Source of the DNA: Acidimicrobiales bacterium
Lineage (GTDB): Bacteria; Actinomycetota; Acidimicrobiia; Acidimicrobiales; SZUA-35
Direction: 5' to 3'
Length of the DNA stretch: 59,145 bases
Assembly (NCBI GenBank): GCA_041594435.1
Contig: JBFHME010000003.1
Span: 1-59,145, forward strand
Shown: piece after piece, positions 18,806-28,408 of the stretch
Numbering within the stretch: the stretch's first letter is position 1
Layout: each line of letters starts with the position of its first letter
The notes under the pieces: generated by a model
Told to the model about the DNA's origin: nothing
Database searches by the model: none
The model's input: only the letters and a program-made list of their open reading frames with translations
Program-made: the position numbers and the translations under genes

Positions 18806-21052
18806 TCAGACCTTCTCGAGAGGAGCCCAGGCCAGCAGCAGGGTCTTCTGACCGACGGAGGCGAAGTTGACCACGACCTCGGCCTTGTCCCCCACACCGT
18901 CGACCCCCAGGATGACACCCTCGCCCCACTTCTTGTGGAGCACGTCGTCGCCGATCTTGAAGTCGATGTCGCCGGCCCCGGACTGCTGTGGACCTCGCGG
19001 CTTCAACGCCGTGTCGACAAGGCGGTTGCGGCCGGCGAACGACGACGAGGACGCTGTTCCTCCTCCGCCGGCCCGACCGCCACCTCGACCGAACACCGAC
19101 TTGGCCCGGCTGCGTGCATCGCGGCTGCCGGGGGCGTCGTCGAGCAGGTCGGACGGAATCTCATCCAGGAACCGGCTTGGCGGGTTGTAGCCGGTCTGGC
19201 CGAACAGCAGGCGGGACCAGGCGTTGGTGAGATAGAGGCGCTGTTGGGCCCGGGTGATGCCCACGTAGGCCAACCTCCGTTCCTCCTCCATCTCGTCGGG
19301 GTCGGTGAGCGAACGCATGTGGGGGAAGATGCCGTCCTCCATCCCGATGATCACCACGACGGGGAACTCGAGACCTTTGGCCGCGTGCAGGGTCATGAGC
19401 ACAACAGAGGAGTCGTCGTCGTCGAGCTGGTCGGTGTCGGTGACGAGGCTGACCTGCTCCAGGAATTCGTCGATCTCGTCGAACTGCCGGGCGGTGCCGA
19501 CCAACTCCTGCAGGTTCTCCAGGCGGCCTTCGGCCTCGATCGAGTTGTCGTCCTCGAGCTCGGCCACGTAGCCCGTGTCACGCAGAATCACCTCCAGCGC
19601 CGCGGCCGGGCCCTCGGCGAGTTCCTCGGTGAACGAATCGAGCAGCGACAGGAAGGCGGCGATGCCTTTGAGTGACCGCCCGCCGACGCCGGCCTCGCCG
19701 GCGCGCCGCAAGGCGTCGATGAAGGTCATGGCGTTGGTGCGGGCGAACGATTCGATCTTGGCGATGGTCGTGTCACCGATGCCCCGCTTTGGCACGTTGA
19801 TGATGCGTTTGATCGACACCTCGTCGGCCGGGTTGGACGCCGCTTTCAGATAGGCGACGGCGTCCTTGATCTCCCGGCGATCGTAGAACCGGGTACCACC
19901 GATGACCTTGTAGGGAATGCCCACCCGCATGAAATAGTCTTCCAGCACCCGGGACTGGGCGTTGGTGCGGTAGAACACGGCCATCTCACCCCAGCGGAAG
20001 TCACCGGTGTCGTGGAGTTGGGCCAGCTCGCCGGCCACGAACTGGCTCTCGTCGACCTCGTCGTCGGCGTGGTAGCGGATGATGCGGTCGCCGCCGCCGT
20101 GGTCGGTCCACAGGTTCTTGGGCTTCCGGCCGAAGTTGTTGGCGATGACCGAGTTGGCGGCGTCGAGAATCGTCTGGGTCGAGCGGTAGTTCTGCTCGAG
20201 CAGCACCACGGTGGTGTCGGGGAAGGCGTGCTCGAACTCGATGATGTTGCGGATGTCGGCGCCGCGGAAGCGGTAGACGGACTGGTCGGAGTCGCCGACC
20301 ACCGTGACGTTGCCGTGAGCCGACGCCAGCTTGACCACCAGCTCGTTCTGCACCCCGTTGGTGTCCTGATACTCGTCGACCAGGATGTGTTTGAACCGCC
20401 GCTGGTAGTAGGACAGCGTCTCAGGGGCCTGGCGGAACAGCTTGACCGAGTTGAGCAGCAGATCGTCGAAGTCCATCGCGGAGGCCTGGAGCAGGCGCTT
20501 CTGATACTCGACGTAGATGTCGGCCGCCCGCTTCTCCATCCCGGGGCGCTCGCGCACGTCGGCTCGGGCCGCGAAGGCGGCGTCGTCGAACCCGTCGTTC
20601 TTGGCCGAGGAGATGATGGCGTGGACCGCCCGGGGCTGGTAGCGCTTCGGGTCGAGGCCCAGATCCCGGATGACATAGCCGGTCAGGCGGACCGCGTCGG
20701 CCTGGTCGTAGATGGTGAAGTTCGATGGGAACCCGATGATGTCGGCCTCGCGGCGAAGGATCCGAACGCACGCGGAGTGGAAGGTCGACACCCACATCTT
20801 CTCGGCCACCGGGCCGACCAGGGCGCCCACCCGGTACTTCATCTCGTCGGCCGCCTTGTTCGTGAAGGTGATGGCCAGGATCTCGAACGGTGAGACGCCC
20901 TCGTCGATCAGCCAGGCGATGCGCCGGGTCAGCACCCGGGTTTTGCCCGAACCGGCGCCGGCCACCACCAGCAGCGGACCACCGCTGTGGGTCACGGCAT
21001 CGTGTTGGGCCGGGTTGAGGCTCTCGAGAATCGTGGGAGCGGTCGTCGTCAT
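18806..21052 (-). CDS. pcrA: ATP-dependent DNA helicase PcrA/UvrD
   Basis: LNPAQHDAV...AGAGSGKT (Walker A), the UvrD helicase motifs, and a C-terminal Tudor-like tail (GDDVLHKKWGEGVILGV). ATG 21052 gives the conserved N-terminus. Confidence 0.93.
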   Translation of the reverse strand: MTTTAPTILESLNPAQHDAVTHSGGPLLVVAGAGSGKTRVLTRRIAWLIDEGVSPFEILAITFTNKAADEMKYRVGALVGPVAEKMWVSTFHSACVRILRREADIIGFPSNFTIYDQADAVRLTGYVIRDLGLDPKRYQPRAVHAIISSAKNDGFDDAAFAARADVRERPGMEKRAADIYVEYQKRLLQASAMDFDDLLLNSVKLFRQAPETLSYYQRRFKHILVDEYQDTNGVQNELVVKLASAHGNVTVVGDSDQSVYRFRGADIRNIIEFEHAFPDTTVVLLEQNYRSTQTILDAANSVIANNFGRKPKNLWTDHGGGDRIIRYHADDEVDESQFVAGELAQLHDTGDFRWGEMAVFYRTNAQSRVLEDYFMRVGIPYKVIGGTRFYDRREIKDAVAYLKAASNPADEVSIKRIINVPKRGIGDTTIAKIESFARTNAMTFIDALRRAGEAGVGGRSLKGIAAFLSLLDSFTEELAEGPAAALEVILRDTGYVAELEDDNSIEAEGRLENLQELVGTARQFDEIDEFLEQVSLVTDTDQLDDDDSSVVLMTLHAAKGLEFPVVVIIGMEDGIFPHMRSLTDPDEMEEERRLAYVGITRAQQRLYLTNAWSRLLFGQTGYNPPSRFLDEIPSDLLDDAPGSRDARSRAKSVFGRGGGRAGGGGTASSSSFAGRNRLVDTALKPRGPQQSGAGDIDFKIGDDVLHKKWGEGVILGVDGVGDKAEVVVNFASVGQKTLLLAWAPLEKV

Positions 21053-21140
21053 GCTTTGATCCACACTAGCCGCCCGTCCCCGGTCTGAGGTGGTGACGGA
21101 ACCCGGTGTCCCGGGCGACCTGTGATGGGACCACGGGCCG

Positions 21141-21713
21141 TCAGGTCCGGCTCGGACTCGGCCGGATTCCGGCCAAGGCACGTCGAAGACCCTCCTCATA
21201 GCGCCTGTCGAGTTGGGTCGGCTCGACCGGACCCATGCCCATCAATTCGAGCATCACGTAGCCGTGGACGGTGGCGTAGAGATGGTAGGCGGAGGTCTCG
21301 GGGTCGTCGGCGCCGGCTATCCGGACGGCGTCGACGAGGTCGACGAACGAGCGACCGGCACGGACGGCTGCCATCTCGCTCGGTTCGAAGTCCGGCACGG
21401 CGCTGCCGAACATCACCAGATAGTGCATCTGGTTCGACAGGGCCCAGGTTCGGTAGGCCCGCCCGGCCCCGAGGAGGTCACCGACCTCGTAGAACGGGGA
21501 CAGCGCTCGGTCGAACGACTCGAACCCGTCGAGATAGATGGCCTCGACCAGACCGTGTTTCCCCCCGAAGTACGTGTAGATGCCCGTGGTCGAGCAGCCG
21601 GCCCTCTCGGTGATGTTGCGCAAGGTGAGAGCAGCCGCACCGTCGTGCTGGAGCACGTGGAGCGCCGCGTCGAGCAGTGTGTGCCTCATGTCGGGGGTTG
21701 ACCGGGTGACCAT
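21141..21713 (-). CDS. TetR family transcriptional regulator
   Basis: LTLRNITERAGCSTTGIYTYFGGKHGL is a TetR helix-turn-helix. Alternative start at ATG 21689. Confidence 0.88.
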   Translation of the reverse strand: MVTRSTPDMRHTLLDAALHVLQHDGAAALTLRNITERAGCSTTGIYTYFGGKHGLVEAIYLDGFESFDRALSPFYEVGDLLGAGRAYRTWALSNQMHYLVMFGSAVPDFEPSEMAAVRAGRSFVDLVDAVRIAGADDPETSAYHLYATVHGYVMLELMGMGPVEPTQLDRRYEEGLRRALAGIRPSPSRT

Positions 21714-21749
21714 CTGTAACTAAGTTATAAACCTATAACTTAGTTACAG
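21714..21749. promoter_or_regulatory. Perfect AT-rich palindrome: probable TetR operator overlapping divergent promoters
   Basis: CTGTAACTAAGTTATA-AACC-TATAACTTAGTTACAG has 16-nt perfect arms. TATAAC -10-like hexamers are present in both orientations. On the minus strand, TTGCTG-17 nt-TATAAC lies 10 nt before tetR ATG 21713. Confidence 0.65.
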
Positions 21750-21774
21750 CAACCATCCTCGGAGCCGATCGCCC

Positions 21775-23148
21775 ATGACCACAACCGACGTCAACATGTA
21801 CCTGGCCGGAAACTACGCCCCGGTCACCGAAGAGGTCACGGCCTTCGACCTGCCGGTCGTCGGCGAGCTGCCGGCCGAACTCAACGGCCGCTATCTCCGC
21901 AACGGCCCCAACCCGGCGCATCACGTCGACCACGCAACCCATCACTGGTTCACCGGCGACGGTATGGTCCACGGCATCCGCCTGCGGGAAGGGCGAGCCG
22001 AGTGGTACCGCAACCGGTACGTCGGCTCGGCCAACCTCGGCCGCCTACGGGGCGAGCCCGACATCGACGGCCCCAACTGGAGCGGAACCGGCTTCGGTCC
22101 CAACACCAATGTCGGCGGCTTCGCGGGGCGAACCTGGGCGATGATGGAGGCCGGCGCCACCCCCGTCGAGCTGACCTACGACCTCGACACCATCGCCCGT
22201 AACGACTTCGACGGAACGCTCCCCGGAGCGTTCACCGCCCACCCCCGGTTCGACCCGGATTCGGGCGAGATGCACGCCATGGTGTACGCCTGGGCTCAAT
22301 GGATGGATCACGTCCAGTACGTGGTCGTCGGCCGTGACGGCCTCGTGAGTCGCACCGTCGACATCCCGCTTCCCGGCATGACCATGTTGCACGACATGGC
22401 GCTCACCGAGCGCTACGCCGTCGTGTTCGATCAGCCCTGCACGGTCGATCTCGACCTGGCCTTCTCCGGCCGATTCCCGTTCCGCTGGAATCCCGACCAC
22501 GGCAACCGGGTGGGCCTCCTGCCCCGCAGCGGCGGCCCGGACGACATCAGCTGGATCGACGTGCCGATCGGCTACTCCTACCACCCGATGAACTCCTACG
22601 ACACCGCCGACGGCGGCGTCGTCATCGACCTCTGCGTGTTCGACACGATGTTCGACGCCGACATCCTCGGACCGTTCGAGAACCTGCCGCGGCTCGAGCG
22701 GTGGGAACTCGACCCGGCCCGCCGGTCCGCCTCGGTCACGGTGATCGACCACAGCCCCAACGAAGTCCCCCGGGCACGGGGCTCGCTGTCGACCAAGCCC
22801 TATCGGTTCGGCTACTGCGTCGGCGTGTCCAACGAACCCGGCAGGCGATGGACGACGATCAAACACGATCTGGAGACCGGCGACCGCATCGAGTTCGATC
22901 ACGGCCCGGGTCGAGCCGCCGGTGAAGCGGTGTTCGTGGCCCGCGACGGCGGCGAATCCGAGGACGACGGGTGGCTGCTCACCTTCGTCCACGACCAGAA
23001 CGAGGCCGGCGCCGAGTTCGTCGTGATGGACGCCCGCGACCTCGACCGGGGCTACGTGGCCCGGATCCCCCTCCCCCAGCGTGTGCCGTTCGGCTTCCAC
23101 GGCAACTGGGTCAGCGACCGCTCCGTCGCTCCCCCACCCGGGGCCTGA
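21775..23148 (+). CDS. Carotenoid/apocarotenoid cleavage oxygenase family protein (RPE65 fold)
   Basis: NYAPVTEEV...LNGRYLRNGPNP...HWFTGDGMVHG and conserved His-containing blocks (AHPRFDP, YHPMN, FHGNW). Confidence 0.9.
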   Translation: MTTTDVNMYLAGNYAPVTEEVTAFDLPVVGELPAELNGRYLRNGPNPAHHVDHATHHWFTGDGMVHGIRLREGRAEWYRNRYVGSANLGRLRGEPDIDGPNWSGTGFGPNTNVGGFAGRTWAMMEAGATPVELTYDLDTIARNDFDGTLPGAFTAHPRFDPDSGEMHAMVYAWAQWMDHVQYVVVGRDGLVSRTVDIPLPGMTMLHDMALTERYAVVFDQPCTVDLDLAFSGRFPFRWNPDHGNRVGLLPRSGGPDDISWIDVPIGYSYHPMNSYDTADGGVVIDLCVFDTMFDADILGPFENLPRLERWELDPARRSASVTVIDHSPNEVPRARGSLSTKPYRFGYCVGVSNEPGRRWTTIKHDLETGDRIEFDHGPGRAAGEAVFVARDGGESEDDGWLLTFVHDQNEAGAEFVVMDARDLDRGYVARIPLPQRVPFGFHGNWVSDRSVAPPPGA

Positions 23149-23216
23149 CCCTCCGGCGACGTACACAACCCGACCGGTGACTCCAGTCCCCCGTGAGGGT
23201 CATCCGCCGGTTGCCG

Positions 23217-23378
23217 TCAGGCTTCCGATGTCGAATTCCGCAACCGCTCGTGGAGTCTGTTGCGCAGTTCGTCGGGCTCGACATCGTCCCAGGTTCGCCG
23301 TCGACGGGCGACGGCGACACCGGTGGCGGTGGCGACGCCGGCCAGACCGGCCAGACCAAGCAGCTTCCAGGCGTTCAC
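23217..23378 (-). CDS. Possible small membrane protein (53 aa)
   Basis: GTG start. VNAWKLLGLAGLAGVATATGVAV is a TM segment, followed by a charged tail. G/C third-position bias is acceptable. No family recognised; this could be a spurious ORF. Confidence 0.3.
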   Translation of the reverse strand: MNAWKLLGLAGLAGVATATGVAVARRRRTWDDVEPDELRNRLHERLRNSTSEA

Positions 23379-23398
23379 GTGCCCTATGGTAGGCCAGC

Positions 23399-24055
23399 GT
23401 GGCACAGACTCTTTCCCTGGCGGATGCCGCAGCGACAACCGGCACCGGCGACATCTGGCTGTTTCGCGGTCACAGCCCCGCCGATCGGGTGATCCGCGTC
23501 GCCACCAACAGTCCGGTCAACCACGTGGGCATGGCGGTCGCCATCGACGACCTCCCGCCCCTGCTGTGGCACGGCGAACTCGGCCGTTCACTTCCCGACG
23601 TCTGGACCGGGACCCGCAAACGCGGCCCGCAGCTGCACCGACTCGAGGATGCCGTCTCGAACTGGGTCCATCGCTACGGCCAACGGGCCTGGCTTCGCCA
23701 GCTTGACATCGAAGCCTCCCGGGAGATGGAGGACGCCGCCCTGGCCGCCGTCAACGAGCTGATAGACCGGCCGTTTCCGAAGACGTTGTCGCTGGGCGTG
23801 CGCTGGGTCAAGGGGCGCTTCCGTCAGCCGGTGTCGCTCGAAGACCTCTACTGCGCCGAGCAGGTTGCGCTCACCTATCAGCGCATGGGTCTGCTCGACG
23901 ACAACCGCCCGCCCAACTGGTACGATCCCGGCCGATTCTGGAGCGGAGACCGCCTCGAACTGATCGGCGCCGCCCTCGGGCCCGAGATCGAGATCGTCGA
24001 CGTTCCGGCGCTCGACCGGCGCCAGGGCACCGGCAAGGCGACCGACCAGATCTAG
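23399..24055 (+). CDS. YiiX/YaeF-like permuted papain-fold (NlpC/P60 superfamily) amidase
   Basis: GDIWLFRG...SPVNHVGMAV, then a late catalytic-type Cys in LYCAEQVALTYQRMG. The permuted His-before-Cys order is typical of this family. Confidence 0.55.
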   Translation: MAQTLSLADAAATTGTGDIWLFRGHSPADRVIRVATNSPVNHVGMAVAIDDLPPLLWHGELGRSLPDVWTGTRKRGPQLHRLEDAVSNWVHRYGQRAWLRQLDIEASREMEDAALAAVNELIDRPFPKTLSLGVRWVKGRFRQPVSLEDLYCAEQVALTYQRMGLLDDNRPPNWYDPGRFWSGDRLELIGAALGPEIEIVDVPALDRRQGTGKATDQI

Positions 24056-26631
24056 TTTCCGTTGCGGCGCCCACCCGCCGCACCGATCCAGTCGTCGGGC
24101 TTGGGCGCATCGGTGGCCGCATTGGGGTCGAGTTCCCGCACCAACCGCCACGCCTCATCGGCTCTGGTCCGGGCATCGACATAGGTTCGCTGGGCCCGGC
24201 GGGCCGCCGCCTCGGCTGCTTCGGTGGCTTCCACATCGCTCGTGTGACCGTCCTGTGCATCCATACGAGCCAGTTCAGCGGTCACGAGCAGTGTGGCCGC
24301 CTCCTGGCTGAGCTGCTCGGCCCGGGCCGACAGCTCGGAGGCTCGGTCATGGGCCGCGGCCACCGCAGCGAGGTCGGTGTCGTCGGGCTGCACGTCGAGC
24401 TCGAACGGCGACGGCGCGTGGGCGAACACGGCCACGCCGAGATCACCGACCAGGTTGTCGAGAGGGAGATCGCCGGGGCCCAGCGGTTGGCCGTGACGCA
24501 CCCGGACCGGAGCAAAGACCAGGTCGGCCGACTGGGTCAGGCGGCTGAAGTCCGACGGCGAGGCCAAACCGGCGACGGTGGCCGACAGGCGGGCTTCGTC
24601 GATCAGCGTGGCGACGCGATCCCGGTCGACCACATCGTCACTCTCGACCAGCACCTCGATCCCGGCACCGTTCCACATCGAACCCCGGGTACACATCCAG
24701 GCCAGCATCGTGAGGAGCTGACCCGTGTGGTCGTCGGACCACCACACCCGGATCGTGGGCGCCGTCGACCCGCCCGCGGCGTGATACAAGCGGGCCCACC
24801 CGGCATCGGGGGTGTGCACGATCCCCACATTGCAGCCGTGGCGAATAGCGGTGTGGATCATCGAACCGTGGTCGACGGCATTCTCCCGGTCACAATCGTC
24901 CTCGAACCAGCTGGTGAGCACCATATTGGCCCGCAGTGAGCCAATGCCGTGAGCCTGCAGCATCGCGCTGACCCCGCCATCGAGTGTGTCGGCGGCCAGC
25001 ACCCGCCCGTAGATGGTGCCCTCCCGATCGCTCAACTCCTGCTGCAGTTCGAGGTCGATGCGCCCGGCGATCTTCCGCACCATCGGGCCCCTGCCGACCA
25101 CGATGCGGGCCACCGTGGTGAATCCGGCTCCCCCCTCGAGCCACTGGGCGACCTCACACAACCGTTGACGACGGGTCGGGTCGCGGGGGGCGAACGCCAC
25201 GGTGCAGGGCCGCCAGTCGCGGGTCGTGTCGGTCTGCATGCTGAAGTTGGCCAGGTTCGTGCGGAGATTCGAGGCATGGAAGCCGCGGGTGCTGTCGGCC
25301 CAGCGGGCCTGTTGCACCGTGCGGGACAGGTAGCGGTACAACCAGAAAAGGGCAGCGCCGGCCACGATGCCGGCCAGCGGGTTGATGGCCACGATCGTGC
25401 CGAGACAGGCCGCGGTGCCGGCCAGGCTGAGCCGCCAGTCGAAGAACCGAAACCGGGGCCGGAACGAGGTGCTGGCGGCCCGGGCCTCCGAGTAGGTGGC
25501 GTAGTTGATCAACCCGTAGGAGACGAGGAAGAACATCGAGATCACCGGCGCGACCAGGTTCAGATCACCCAGCGCGACCGTGGCCAGTGCGATGCCCGCG
25601 CTGAGTACCACACCTCGGCGCGGGTTGTCGGCCGGACCGGCACCGACCGCGAACGGCTCCAGCGGTTTGATCAGCCGGTCGGCAGCCAGCCGCTGCAACA
25701 CCCGGGGCGCCCCGACGATGGATGCCACCGCGGACGACAGCGTTGCAGCGACCACGCCGACGTCGACCAACCAGGGCGTCAGGGAAAGGCGACGCATGAT
25801 GGCCGTGTCATCCCGCAGCGCCTCGAGTGGGACGACCATGGCCAACGTCAAGATCACCACGAGATAGACGACGGTGGACACCGCGATGGCCCCGAACGTT
25901 CCGACGCTTATCGAGCGCGACGGCGTCTTCAGGTCACCCGACATGGCGACGCCCTGGGTGAAGCCGGTGATCGCCGGGAAGAAGATGGCGAATCCGACCC
26001 ACATCGAGACGCCCTCCCCGTCCGGGGGCCGCCAGAAGTTCTCGACCAGGAGCGACGGTTCGAGATGGCCGACCACCCCGACCATGTAGCCGACGATGGC
26101 CAAGACGAGGCACACCATCACCACGTACTGGAGTTTCGTGGCGATGTCGGCACCCAGCCAGGCCACGCCGAGCAGGAACAGAATCGCGCCAAGCGCAACG
26201 AGACGGGGAAAGAACGGATCGTCGATCGCGACGATGCTGGCCACCGCCTCGCCGAGACCGATGGCGTAGAACGCGATCGAGATCGACATGGCCACGTAGA
26301 GCACCAGGCCGATGGCGCCGCCGAACGCCGGGCCCAGGGTGCGGGAGATGAGGAAGTAGACGCCGCCACCGCCAACCCTGAGGTTGGTGGCCAGGGCGGC
26401 GAGGGAGAACGTGGTGAGCACCGAAACCAGCGTCGACAGCCCCAGAATCACCAGCATCTCGGCCAGACCGACCGATCCGGTGACGTAGCCGAGCCGCAGG
26501 AACAGAACGAGTCCGAGAATGGTCAGGACGCTGGGGGTGAACACGCCGCCGAACGTGCTCAACTTCGTCCCACCCTCGACCACCGATGGAGTTGTCTCAA
26601 GCCCAGCCGACGTCGTCGTCTTGGTCACCAT
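24052..26631 (-). CDS. APC-superfamily permease of the cation-chloride cotransporter (SLC12-like) type with a large C-terminal cytoplasmic domain
   Basis: KLSTFGGVFTPSVLTILGLVLFLRLGYV...GGGVYFLISRTLGP is a CCC signature. About 12 TM segments are followed by roughly 380 aa of soluble domain ending in a coiled-coil-like tail. Confidence 0.85.
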   Translation of the reverse strand: MVTKTTTSAGLETTPSVVEGGTKLSTFGGVFTPSVLTILGLVLFLRLGYVTGSVGLAEMLVILGLSTLVSVLTTFSLAALATNLRVGGGGVYFLISRTLGPAFGGAIGLVLYVAMSISIAFYAIGLGEAVASIVAIDDPFFPRLVALGAILFLLGVAWLGADIATKLQYVVMVCLVLAIVGYMVGVVGHLEPSLLVENFWRPPDGEGVSMWVGFAIFFPAITGFTQGVAMSGDLKTPSRSISVGTFGAIAVSTVVYLVVILTLAMVVPLEALRDDTAIMRRLSLTPWLVDVGVVAATLSSAVASIVGAPRVLQRLAADRLIKPLEPFAVGAGPADNPRRGVVLSAGIALATVALGDLNLVAPVISMFFLVSYGLINYATYSEARAASTSFRPRFRFFDWRLSLAGTAACLGTIVAINPLAGIVAGAALFWLYRYLSRTVQQARWADSTRGFHASNLRTNLANFSMQTDTTRDWRPCTVAFAPRDPTRRQRLCEVAQWLEGGAGFTTVARIVVGRGPMVRKIAGRIDLELQQELSDREGTIYGRVLAADTLDGGVSAMLQAHGIGSLRANMVLTSWFEDDCDRENAVDHGSMIHTAIRHGCNVGIVHTPDAGWARLYHAAGGSTAPTIRVWWSDDHTGQLLTMLAWMCTRGSMWNGAGIEVLVESDDVVDRDRVATLIDEARLSATVAGLASPSDFSRLTQSADLVFAPVRVRHGQPLGPGDLPLDNLVGDLGVAVFAHAPSPFELDVQPDDTDLAAVAAAHDRASELSARAEQLSQEAATLLVTAELARMDAQDGHTSDVEATEAAEAAARRAQRTYVDARTRADEAWRLVRELDPNAATDAPKPDDWIGAAGGRRNGN

Positions 26632-26793
26632 ATGCGCCCTGTTGTCCTCAACCGAGCCGTATACCCAGCAAGCCCGTGTCGGCGGGAGACTCGTACCCGC
26701 AGCGCTCAGTATTGCCCATACTCGACCAAAATGCCATGGCGCATCGCGTCCGTCACACCGGTTGAAGCATCGACGGGTACCCCGGTGAAGAGG

Positions 26794-28194
26794 TCAGCGG
26801 CCGGCGCCGCGAAGGAAGCGTGACACCTTGTAGGCCAGCTTCGCCTCCCGGCCGGTGGTGTCCTCCCGTTCATCGGCGGCACCCAGGAGACGACGGCTCG
26901 ATCGCACGCCCAGCCAGCGCAGCGGCTCCGGCTCCCAACGGCGGGCCGTGGCCCCGACCCACGGCAGGCTGGTTCGCTCGGTGTCGGCACCGATGATCAA
27001 GTCCGCCATGGTCCGCCCGGCGAGGTTCGACGCCGTGACGCCCTCGCCGACGTAGCCGCCCAGGCTGCCGAGGCCGTTCCGCCGATCGAAGGTGAGACCG
27101 GGAATCCAGTTGCGGGGAACGGCGAGCACCCCGCCCCAACGATGGGTGAAGGTGATGCCCTCCAGCGCCGGTAGCAGCTCGATGAGTGTCTCGGCGATGA
27201 GTTGATGTGACGGCATGTGCAGTTCGGCGCTGCGGGCGATCCGTGAGCCGAACAGGTACGGGACACCCCGACCGCCGAAGGCGATCCGGTCATCCGCGGT
27301 TCGCTGTCCGTAAACGACCATGAAGCGGTCGTCGGCGAAGGTCGGCCGGTCGTCGAGACGAACGGCCGCCAGTTGCTCCGCCGTCAGCGGTTCGGTCGCC
27401 ACCATCAGCGAGTAGACCGGCAACACATCCCGCCGGTGCCCCTTCAGATCCCTGGTGTAGGCCTCGGTCGCCCGCACGACGACCTCGGCTCGCACATCGC
27501 CCTGGTCGGTCATCACCCGATGGGGCTCGAACCCGGTGACCGCCGTCTCCTCGACGATCCGAACCCCCGCCTTCTCGACGACGTCGGCCAGTCCTCGAAC
27601 GAGTCGGGCCGGGTCGAGGGCCGCGGTCGGGGCGAAGTAGATGCCGGAGTGAACCCGACTGGCCCCGATGAGTTGGGTGGCCTCATCGGCGGTCAACAAC
27701 CGGATCTCGTCGGTGGTGAACCCCCAGGAGCGGTGATGGGCGATCTCGTCGTGCTGACGCAGGGCCTGGGGCCGGTTTCGGGCGACGCGAATGGTGCCCC
27801 CCTTCGCGTAGTGGCAGTCGATCCCTTCGACCTCGGAAACCCGGCCGATCTCGTCGACGGCGTCGAAGACCGAACGGGCGAGGCGCATCGCCTCGGCCTG
27901 GGTGGAACGCCGGGCGTACCACTCGAGCGGGCCGGCCAACTCCCCGATGGCCCAACCGCCGTTGCGGCCCGACGCCCCGAAACCGCAGAACTCCCGCTCG
28001 ATGACCGTGACCCGCAACGACGGGTCGGCCCGGATCAGATAGTAGGCCGTCCAGAGTCCGCTGAACCCTCCACCGATGATGGCGACGTCGGCGTCGGCCG
28101 CCTCCGGTTGCGCATCGAGATCAGGCCGATGCCGGACGGGAGGGTCGAGCCGAGCGAGCCAGAGCGCTGTTGTGACGGCTTCGGAAAGATCCAT
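26794..28194 (-). CDS. FAD-dependent amine oxidoreductase (DAO family, PuuB/gamma-glutamylputrescine-oxidase-like)
   Basis: DVAIIGGGFSGLWTAYYL dinucleotide fold and FGASGRNGGW. Start is ATG 28194 or GTG 28245. Confidence 0.85.
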   Translation of the reverse strand: MDLSEAVTTALWLARLDPPVRHRPDLDAQPEAADADVAIIGGGFSGLWTAYYLIRADPSLRVTVIEREFCGFGASGRNGGWAIGELAGPLEWYARRSTQAEAMRLARSVFDAVDEIGRVSEVEGIDCHYAKGGTIRVARNRPQALRQHDEIAHHRSWGFTTDEIRLLTADEATQLIGASRVHSGIYFAPTAALDPARLVRGLADVVEKAGVRIVEETAVTGFEPHRVMTDQGDVRAEVVVRATEAYTRDLKGHRRDVLPVYSLMVATEPLTAEQLAAVRLDDRPTFADDRFMVVYGQRTADDRIAFGGRGVPYLFGSRIARSAELHMPSHQLIAETLIELLPALEGITFTHRWGGVLAVPRNWIPGLTFDRRNGLGSLGGYVGEGVTASNLAGRTMADLIIGADTERTSLPWVGATARRWEPEPLRWLGVRSSRRLLGAADEREDTTGREAKLAYKVSRFLRGAGR

Positions 28195-28264
28195 CGCCAC
28201 ACTGTATGCAGCTGCGCCGTGCTGCCGGACTTTCCGCCGGCTCACACCGCGTCAACTTTTTGTG

Positions 28265-28294
28265 GGATGGCGACCCGCTGCCGGGTCGCCATCC
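28265..28294. promoter_or_regulatory. Perfect palindrome in the divergent oxidase / C45-operon control region
   Basis: GGATGGCGACCCG-CTGC-CGGGTCGCCATCC has 13-nt arms. It is not downstream of any gene, so a terminator role is unlikely. A TAGAAT -10-like hexamer at 28376-28381 lies 27 nt before the C45 start. Confidence 0.35.
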
Positions 28295-28408
28295 AGCCAA
28301 TGTTTGGTTCGGGTGGGCCGCCAACCCGCAAAAGTTCGAGAGGGGGTCGCTGGTCACGGGTTCGTTGCCGTGGCGTAGAATGGTGGCAGTCGTCAGCCTC
28401 GACAGGAA

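Noticed and set aside
26632-26793. Possible cyclic-di-AMP (ydaO-type) or other riboswitch in the leader of the CCC-like transporter.
   Set aside because: Read on the minus strand, the pseudo-two-fold ACGGGG/CCCGA-type conserved blocks are absent. Only short stems are visible.
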